64,000 nucleotides of DNA from Octopus sinensis (taxonomy: Eukaryota), in NCBI RefSeq assembly GCF_006345805.1, contig NW_021835480.1:37735-101734 (forward strand), in the 5' to 3' direction. A model generated the notes under the pieces. The model was not told where the DNA came from and made no database searches. It saw only the letters and a list, made by a program, of their open reading frames with translations. Of the stretch, positions 54,750 through 64,000 are shown one piece after another (position 1 is the stretch's first letter; every line of letters begins with the position of its first letter). Position numbers and translations under genes: made by a program.

Positions 54750-55090
54750 TGCGCATGGCTCAGTGGTTAGAGCGTCGAGCTTACGATCGTGAGGTTGTGA
54801 GCTCGAATCCCGGACCGGGCTGCGTGTTGTGTTCTTGAGCAAGGCACTTTATTTCACGTTGCTCCAGTTCACTCAGCTGTAGAAATGAGTTGCGACGTCA
54901 CTGGTGCCAAGCTGTATCGACCTTTGTCTTTCTCTTGGATAACACTGGTGGCGTGGAGAGGGGAGGCCGGTATGCATGGGCGACTGCTGGTCTTCCATAA
55001 ACAACCTTGCCCGGACTTGTGTCTAGGAGGGTAACTTTCTAGGTGCAATCCCATGGTCATTCATGACCGAAGGGGGTCTTTACCCCTTAC
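54750..55090 (+). mobile_element. tRNA-derived SINE, family D head/core with a third tail type
   Basis: TGGCTCAGTGGTTAGAGCG..TCGAATCCC head; core shared with 52234-52500; different 3' part. Confidence 0.8.
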
Positions 55091-55570
55091 AGTGTACATG
55101 TAAATACATTAAGAGGTTTCCATCATAGGACTCCCTTATGCTAAAAGGAACAGCTAAAGTCCAAACCACTAATTAGGGATAAATTCTCGAAGGGAATCAA
55201 AAATAAAAACGTTTACCATCTATTTCCTGGACCGTGGTTTCTGATTTAATTTAGGAAATAAAATAATTTGCCAGGCGAAGTCTTCGTCAACAGGTACGCC
55301 AAGATTAAACATATAAACACGAGGCCAATCCAGCATTTGCCTCTTGCTTATACATTTTAAGTTTTTCAAATCCACCGCGCAAGCGCAGTTTCTTCGAAGG
55401 AATCTTCCAGAATTCATTATACATAATTAATAATGACTATATATTATTCATATAAAATACATAATTAATAATGTATTTTATATGAATAATATATAGTCTA
55501 TTGACTAATTTTTCTACACGCTAGGCCACTGGTAGTAAACATTTCTAAAATCTTTATTACCCTGATATTA

Positions 55571-55621
<51 letters not shown>

Positions 55622-55746
55622 GCATATATAATATATATATATTATATATATATTATATATATATATATTATATATATATATATATAATATATATGCATAT
55701 ATATATATATATATATATAATATGCATACATATGTATGTATATATA

Positions 55747-55786
<40 letters not shown>

Positions 55787-55809
55787 ATATATATATATAT
55801 ATATATAAT

Positions 55810-55842
<33 letters not shown>

Positions 55843-55865
55843 TGTGTGTGTGTGTGTGTGTGTGG

Positions 55866-55897
<32 letters not shown>

Positions 55898-56339
55898 GTA
55901 TATGTATATATGTATGCATATGTATATATACAGAGAGAGACACATAGTTTATGTCCGCAAAACATCTGTAGCGCTTACTAGAGAATATAGCAGGTGTTCT
56001 ATAGTGTAATAATTGCACTATAAAACACCTGTTATATCGATAACGCAGTCGACCGGTATGCCATAATTTGCGTCGGTACATGTTTTGGTGTCTTTGCCAC
56101 AGGGCTTGTTAGAAATTTCCTCTCTCAAATTAGTACTTAGAATGAGAAAACTGAAAGAGGTGATGGGAGAGAAGGGAAGGCAGAGAGAAAAGAAGAAAGA
56201 AAGACTGTAAAAGAAGAGGTGTAGGAATGTGAAAGGAGAAATGTATAAATAAGAAATAAATTGAATGATTAAAAGAGAAGATGATGGGGAGGGAGAATTA
56301 AAAAAGAAATATGATGCTAAGCATAAGGAAAGAAAATTT

Positions 56340-56925
56340 GATTTTCAAAGTTTGGAACAGCACCAGCAATTTCGAGGGAGTGTGTACTTATTTTATCGAC
56401 CCGAAAGGTTAAAGGTAAAGTTGGCTCCGGTGGAATTTGAACACAGAACGTAAACATGGATGAAATGCCGCTAACCGTTTTCCCAGCGTGCCAACGTTTT
56501 TGCAAGCTCGCCCCCTTAAAGAAATGAATTACTGATTTCAAAAAAAAATTATAGCACCAAGGAAACAAGCTTAGGGGAAGATTAAGTCGATTACATCGAG
56601 CCCAGTGGTCAACTGGTATTCTTTTTTATCTACCCCGAAAGCTAAAGTCGACCTCAGTGGAATTTGAACCAAGAAAAGAATGACGGACGAAATGCTGCTG
56701 AACCTTTTGCCCAGCGTGCTAATGATTCTGCCAGCGCACCGCCTTAATGAAATAAAGTATTAAAATCACTTTACTGCCTTAATAATAGTTTCAAATTTTT
56801 CCACAACGGTCGCCATTTTGGGGGAGGAGATAAACTAATTTATCGACCCTGAGAGGATGAAATGTAAAGTCAGCCTCGGCGGAATTTGAACTCTGAGCGT
56901 AGCGACGGGGGAAATACCGTATTTA
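56340..56925 (-). mobile_element. Cluster of degenerate family B SINEs
   Basis: Three successive reverse-strand B bodies. Confidence 0.7.
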
Positions 56926-58022
56926 TAATAATATGGAAGAATAATTCAAATTCGTTACATGGTAAAAAACCAGAAACACCTCCGAGAAAATGATCAAGTA
57001 ATGTGAACCCTGGTAACTTACTGGTACTTATTTTATTCATATGAGAAAGAGGAACGACAAGATCAACTTCTGAACGTAAAAGAATGAGATGAAATACTGT
57101 AAAACAAATTTTCAACGCTCAACCGATTCAGTCATTTCACCGCCGCTATCCATCTCCGAAGCATTTGAACGTAACTCATTAATGTAAGGCATGTGGACCG
57201 GCGCGCTCTCTTTTCTTACAAGAACAGCAATTATAAGTCTGGAAGAAAATAATTTATATTAACTGGCTTCAATTATTAACAATATCGGCTGATTGGTATT
57301 TTTGATATAATTATTGTTTTGTTGGTTGTAATTAATTTGGCGACGGCAAGAACAATGAAAAATCATGATGACAGTAGTATTCCTGTTGTTGTCGGTGATT
57401 GTTGTGGCTGTGGTGGTGCTGCTGCTGGTGAATATGACAGTGGTAATTTGTACTGCTACTACTCGAGAAGTTTATAATTTCATATAACATTGGCAATATA
57501 CTATTCCCGCTGGTAAGACTAAAGTTTCTAACATGGATGAAGAAATTCGAAGGGTTACGCTGGTCGATCGGTAGAACGCTTGTTATGTTTGCAGAAGATA
57601 TGGGTTCGCGTCTCACTGGTATCTTTCGACTTATTCTATCTATAGCATTTTATAACCCAATATTCGCTATTTTTTTTTGTAGTCCTGTCTGCTTCACCAT
57701 TCTAAAAATGAATTATTTTACGTTCTCTCGCAGTTTATAACTCGTTATAACGATGACTGTACACACACATGCACACACACATACATACATACATATACAT
57801 ATATACATACATATTTGTGTGTGAGCGCGCTTGATATTTATAAATTGTGTTGTTTTCTTTACAGAATTCATGCCTCTGAACGGGTTCTTTGTTTGAGTCT
57901 AACCATTTTCAGAGTTTTCTAAATACGTGAGTAGGAATTGATATGTGAATACATGTGTGTATATGTGAATATTTTTGCCCCTGTATAATGGGCGAGCACC
58001 TCTATTTCACGAGATCGTATAT

Positions 58023-58460
58023 TTAGTTTTAAATATACATGTATAGCGGCTGAAAGATGATGGAACTCCACAGATAATATCATGGAAGACCCTAAAAAAT
58101 TCAGGCCCCTTTATAAACAAGACCAAGAGTTGTAAACTTTGCATAGCCGAACGGATGAGGATATTAAAGGACAGCCTCGACTCGGTAAACATCCTTTATT
58201 CCAGGACGGGGGTTTTCGGACCCTGTTCGCACTTCAGGAAATGTCTGCTGACGTCCTAAGGTTCACACAGCAACAAAGTCAATTATAAATAGCGGTTAAA
58301 GTGAGACAATACTTTGTTGTTGATAGAGAGCGAAATCTTTTCCTCTCCACTTTCTAGAGAGGGCACTTGCTAAAGAAGCCATAGGTCAACGGGTTTAGAG
58401 CCTGAAGAAACGCTGTAAAACTAAGCGCTTTATGAACTTGAAACCCAGGGTAACTCCCAT
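58023..58460 (+). mobile_element. Penelope-like element remnant: GIY-YIG C-terminal region followed by a hammerhead-like motif
   Basis: Frame 58023-58259 reads HV*RLKDDGTPQIISWKTLKNSGPFINKTKSCKLCIAERMRIL..CSHFRKCLL. CTGAAGA..GAAACCCAGGGTA at 58402-58452. Confidence 0.7.
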
Positions 58461-59170
58461 AGATCGGCCATAACCATTTTTATCTATATATCTGTCTATC
58501 TCTCTGTATGTTTGTCCATCTGTTTATCTATCTAGCTAACTAGCTAGCCATCTATAGATACTTTGAAGTGGTATACAGATTCTATGTATCAAGAAAACGG
58601 AAGTACTCAGGATAAGGATAAAAATTGTTGTCATGAATGTCTTCTTATGTGTGAAGGATGGCGAGAGTAAAAGTTCAAATATTGGTGTCTGCCAGAATCT
58701 TTAGCTCGCTGCGCAGAATGCTTAGCGGCATTTCGTCCGTCTTTAAGTTCTGAGATCAAATTGCGCCGGGGACGACTTTACCTTTTATCCTTCGAAGTCG
58801 ATAAAATGTTACCCGTTAAGCGCTGGTGTCGATGTAATCAACTTACCCATCTCCCAAATTGCTGGCCTTGCTCCAAAATGTGAAACCACTATTTGTAGAT
58901 CATCACTTGATTCTTCCCAAAAGATAAAGCGGTCATTGAGGAAGCATTTCCACTTTTCGATGGCATATTTCTCGAAATTTTCGTCTAAAGTTTTCTCTCC
59001 TGTCTTGTATAGATTTTCTTCTGAAAATCCCATCACCAGGTTCGCATATATCCGTCATTATTTTCTGCATTATTTTACTCAGCAGCTACTTGGGAAAGTT
59101 CTTTTTGTTTTTGATTTATATGGAGGTATCTTTCAAAGTGGAATGTCATAAAGTTGTCTGTACTCTATGT

Positions 59171-59338
59171 CAGTGCCCAGCAACCATTTTTCATTTATAT
59201 TCTTTTCAAAATTCGGCGGCACATCTGAACTAAAAATACAACTAAAAGTATAGGTGAAAAAATTATATCCAGGTTACACTGCGGCACACCTAGCATCATC
59301 TCGTGAGACACAAGTGTGCATACTGGTAACGGGCACTG
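59171..59338. mobile_element. Degenerate hAT-type MITE
   Basis: Termini CAGTGCCC / GGGCACTG; imperfect 8-bp TSD CTCTATGT / CTTTATGC; internal GCGGCACA motifs. Confidence 0.55.
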
Positions 59339-60422
59339 CTTTATGCCAAGGTTTTGGTATCATTTACTCTCTCTATGGATTGCGTATGTTTCAAGTACTC
59401 ATGCACTAACTTCTTAGTATACAGTATCAATCTCTCTATGTAGGTATCGATCAGTTTGACCATATATTTATCGACGTATATGTAGCATACGCATGCATCG
59501 TTCTGTTAATATGTTCATTCCAGAAATCGCCATTGAAGAATCGTTGAAATGTGAATATCTTTACTGAAAATATTAATATATGTATGAATGTATGTATGTA
59601 TGTATGTATGTATGTATGTATGTATGTATGTATGTATGTATGTATGTATGTATGCATGCATGCATGCATGTATGTATGTATGTGCGTGTATGTGTGTATG
59701 TATGTATGTATGTATGTATGTAAGTATGTATGTATACATGCATGTCCGCTTGCATGTATGTATGTATGTATGTATGCATGCATGTGCGCTTGCATGTATG
59801 TATGTATGTATGTATGTATGTATGTATGTATGTATGTATGTATGTATGTATGTATGTATGTATGTATGTATGCATGTATGTATGTATGCATGTATGAAAA
59901 ACTAATACACCTGTTTGTTGTTTACACACCTGTCTTCGTCTTTTGTTTTTTGTTTTTTTTGTAAATTCCAAATATGTATGGATGTGTGCATGTGTGCATA
60001 TGTGTAGATGGATGAATGGATGGATGGATGGATGGATGGATGGATGGATGGATGGATGGATGGATGGACGGACGGACGGACGAATGGGCATACTTATATG
60101 CAACGGTCAACAAGTTGAATAGATGCTTTTACATATTTCATTTGTTTGGCCGCAGCGATCCGCTTAAACATTTTGAATTTGTTGATTACTAACGATCCAT
60201 TAAGTACTACAGATATCAACATTATCATCATCATCACCATCATCACTGCTACTACCTTCATCATCATCATCATCATCATCATCTTCCTTGTCGTCGTCAA
60301 CATCAGCACCAACATCCTCATCACTAACGTTACCACCACTACCAAACACCACTAACACGACCACAACCACAATAATCACCATCACCATCATCATCGTCAT
60401 CATCATCGTCATCTTTATCTTT

Positions 60423-60457
<35 letters not shown>

Positions 60458-60629
60458 TAATCACCAACATTATCAACGCCGTCACCATCGCAGCCGCAAT
60501 CATAGATATACACATTGTAAACATCATGAGTGCCAAAATCACATTCGTCATCATCGTAATTAACCATCATCAACAGAGTGAAAGAGAAAAAGAGAACTCA
60601 TTCCTACGAATTCTGAGATCGATATATAT

Positions 60630-60661
<32 letters not shown>

Positions 60662-60871
60662 CACACAAAACGATTTTGCAGATACTATACTAATTGGCAG
60701 AAATAGACAAAGAACTAGGGTGTAGCAGGTGTATTATGTATCTAAGATGATAAAAGCGAACAGCAGAATGAATATGCCTTTTAGCAGAACTGCAATATGG
60801 CATTGATTCTTTCTCAATGCAATCAGATCAAAAGAAATATTTTGGTTTAGCCGTTCAGTGTTAATTATGTG

Positions 60872-60944
<73 letters not shown>

Positions 60945-61259
60945 TATATATATATATATGTGTGTGGGTATGACTTTAAGAGTCCCTCCTAGCGTGTGGC
61001 ATTTATGTGTAATAATGCCCTCTATATAATATAAATAAATATATTTAAGTGAAAAAATTGATGGATTTTTTCTCATATGAGGTTTTTCACGCTAATTACT
61101 TGATAAATTCTTATGAAGATTTTATCCTATTTTAAAATTATATATATATATATTTGCATCTAAATGCAGACATGTGTACACACATATGTACAAGCTTACA
61201 AGTATGTGTATAGGATGATTAATCAGAGAATGAACAAATATGAAAATACTGTACATATA

Positions 61260-61925
61260 TACGGTGCGATGAATAAATTGACACCATTTGATACTTTTAA
61301 TTTCGTGCATGCCCATAGTTTGTTTTTGATTTTGTCGACGACACAATATAGTAGGGTCAGTTGGGCACCCCGTCTGTGAGAAATACAGCACCATGACGCA
61401 GTTCACTCAGTCCGAAATTTGTAAACGACATGCTGTACTCCTTGGCATTTTGGCCGGAAGCTCCGACGCAAACATATGGTGAACACACAGAACAACCGTT
61501 GGCTTGCCGTGACCTCAAAGCATGGACCGAGAGTGATAAAAATCAAACATCCAGTCAACATCATAGTGTTTGGAGTGATCACTAGTGATAGCAACGTCAT
61601 GCCTCCCTTCATCTTCCCTCACAGCTTCACACTCAGCGCGGTGGCCTACATCAAGCGCCTGAAGGAGGTAGTGCTGCCTTGGGTCAAGAGAGTGGCTGCT
61701 AGAAGACCATATGTCTGGCAACAGTACTCTGCACCATGCCACACAAGCAAGAGAACCCAGTCATAGCTGTCAGACAATTTCTTCGACCACGTCATCCCTA
61801 ATATCTGGCCACCTAACTCCCCAGACTGCAACCCGTTTGATTATTATGTGTGGACGCAGTTGAGTAAGAGACCAGTAAAACTCTTTGCAACACCAAAGTT
61901 GAACTGAAGGCAAGGATTATGGTAA
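61260..61925 (+). mobile_element. Tc1/mariner maT (DD37D)-like transposase remnant
   Basis: NTQNNRWLA..KHPVNIIVFGVITSD..YVWQQYSAPCHTSK..*..IWPPNSPDCNPFDYYVW. Confidence 0.78.
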
Positions 61926-61928
61926 ATA

Positions 61929-62323
61929 TCTATATATATAAAAGTGAAGTTGTGTGAGTGTCTGTCTCCTACGATTTAGATTCCTAACTACTCCCACATT
62001 TTGCGGTGCAGTTTAACCAAAACCGGGTATCTTATAGTCGTGATTCATATCGAGCCCCCTATGGGTATTAGCGCGCGTCTACGATGAGTCTACGATTTTA
62101 AAAATAATTTACCATAATTTTTTTCCATTTTAAAGCATATTTTTTAAATAAAGGGACAGTAACTCTCTAAAAACGTCTACGATGAGTCAACGATTTAAAA
62201 AAAAATTTACCATAATTTTTTTCCATTTTAATGCATTTTTGCTGTTTTTTGGCTATAACTCTCTAAAAATGCTTTATAGTTATTTCCCTTACAAACCCGA
62301 GCAACGCCGGGCGATACTGCTAG
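61929..62323 (+). mobile_element. Non-autonomous Helitron, copy 3
   Basis: A|TCTATATATATAAAAG .. CCCGAGCAACGCCGGGCGATACTGCTAG|T. Confidence 0.88.
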
Positions 62324-62774
62324 TATCTGATAAAATGAAATGGCAGTGTTATTTTCATTTTTGCATAATTTAGACGCACGATATGCCGCTACGCATTTTT
62401 TTCCTGCGCGCTAACTGTTCTGCCAGCTCGCCACCTTAACATACGCAAATAATGATTTCAAATTTTGGCACAAGGCCAGAAATTTCGGGGGAGAGAGGAA
62501 AGTCGATTACATCGACCCTAATACTCAACTAGTATTTATTTTATCGACCCCCTAAAGGATGAAAGGCAGAGTCGACCTTGGCAGAATTAGAACTCAGAAC
62601 ATGAAGGCGAACGAAATGCCACCAAGCATTCCGCCCAGGTGGTAACGATTCTGCCAGCTCGACGCTTGACATAAACAAATAACGTGAATCATTTTCATAC
62701 GCTACCAATTCGGCTGTCCAGTGACTATTATTATTTTTTTTTCCGTAGCTTCAGTACTTGTGTCGGTTGTCATG

Positions 62775-63158
62775 TGGAAGCACTCCGTCGGTTACGACGA
62801 TGAGGGTTCCGGTTGATCCGAATCAACGGAACAGCCTGCTCGTGAAATTAACGTGTAAGTGGCTGAGCACTCCACAGACACGTGCACCCTTAACGTAGTC
62901 TCGGGGATATTCAGCGTGAACAGAGAGTGACAAGGCGGCCCCTTGAAATTACAGGTACAACAGAAACAGGAAGTAAGAGTGAGAGAAAGTTGTGGTGAAA
63001 GAGTACAGCAGGGATCACCACCATCCCCTGCCGGAGCCTCGTGGAGCTTTTAGGTGTTTTTGCTCAATAAACACTCACAACGCCCGGTCTGGGAATCGAA
63101 ACCGCGATCCTATGACCGCGAGTCCGCTGCCCTAACCACTGGGCCATTGCGCCTCCAT
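62775..63158 (-). mobile_element. SINE family C with tail type 1
   Basis: Reverse copy of 29413-29798; TSD GGTTGTCATG. Confidence 0.9.
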
Positions 63159-63643
63159 GGTTGTCATGTAGAGTTACAGGAAATTTCTTCATAAACATTT
63201 TTGCCGTAGGGAAATTCGCCGTCAGAAATTTCGTTTTAAATAACTTCATCACGTTTTTTTCTTTAATGTTTGACGTTGAATAATTAATGATTTAACGATT
63301 TTATAAAAGCCTTTTATTATTCCTTTTTATTAAAAAAAATGTTCATATAATACTCTTTACTATTGTCCATACGGTAGATTTGTATAAACAGCGAATGGTC
63401 CGGACAAGGTCATATAGTAGTAGTAGTAGTAGTAGTCGTTGTTGTTGTTGTTGTTGTTGTCGTGTAGCTGGTGGCGGTGTAGTAGTGGTGATGGTGGTGG
63501 TACCAGAGAGGGGAAACAATTAGCTAATTGACTTAAAAATAACCAAGAAAATACTCGCAGGCATAAATATCTGTTTCTTTCATAGGCACAAGGCCAGGAA
63601 TATGATTGTTGGAGACTATACCGATCCCAGTACTTGGCTTGTA

Positions 63644-64000
63644 TTGGGTTGTCCGGAAAGTTCGTGCCGATTTTTAAAGGAAAGGATAAGGTCAATAAAT
63701 ACTTGCCATTACATTTTTAATCAACCAAATATCAACCATTTTGTTGCACAATGCATCTCCATCTTTCCTTTTTAACTTGAAAATACCCTCTTCCCAGAAT
63801 TGAGGTGGTTTCATGCCAGAGAATTCGTTAAGGTATCTTTTTACGTCATCCAAGGAATTGAAATTTTTACCATTAAGACTATTCTGCAGAGACCTGAATA
63901 AGTGGAAATCCGAAGGAGCAATAATTGGTGAATATGGAGGGTGGGGTAACACATCCCAGCGAGCGAGATGCAACAATTTTTATCTGGATACCAAAGCATC
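63644..64000 (-). mobile_element. Second copy of the 48611 mariner family, running off the window
   Basis: Same TIR after TA; WDVLPHPPYSPIIAPSDFHLFRSLQNSL. Confidence 0.9.

Overview
This is AT-rich eukaryotic DNA saturated with microsatellites and transposons, most consistent with an octopus (cephalopod) genome; that assignment is an inference from the repeat landscape. No bacterial-type genes, rRNA or CRISPR arrays were seen, and almost every ORF in the six-frame track is a microsatellite or SINE artefact. The protein-like sequence is all transposon-derived: a 5'-truncated Dong/R4-type retroelement in (TAA)n, three L1/Tx1-type LINE insertions in (GATA)n, RTE fragments (one with three C2H2 fingers), a Penelope GIY-YIG remnant, several mariner/maT relics, non-autonomous Helitrons, MITEs and many modular tRNA-derived SINEs. 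The most notable signals are: (1) a LINE family that appears to target (GATA)n and whose 3' end is shared with an abundant SINE; (2) a 435-bp tandem repeat with a minimal type I hammerhead ribozyme in each unit (retrozyme/Penelope-like), plus several other hammerhead variants; (3) a speculative minus-strand host gene made of microexons and alternative last exons. All identifications were made by eye, without database searches.
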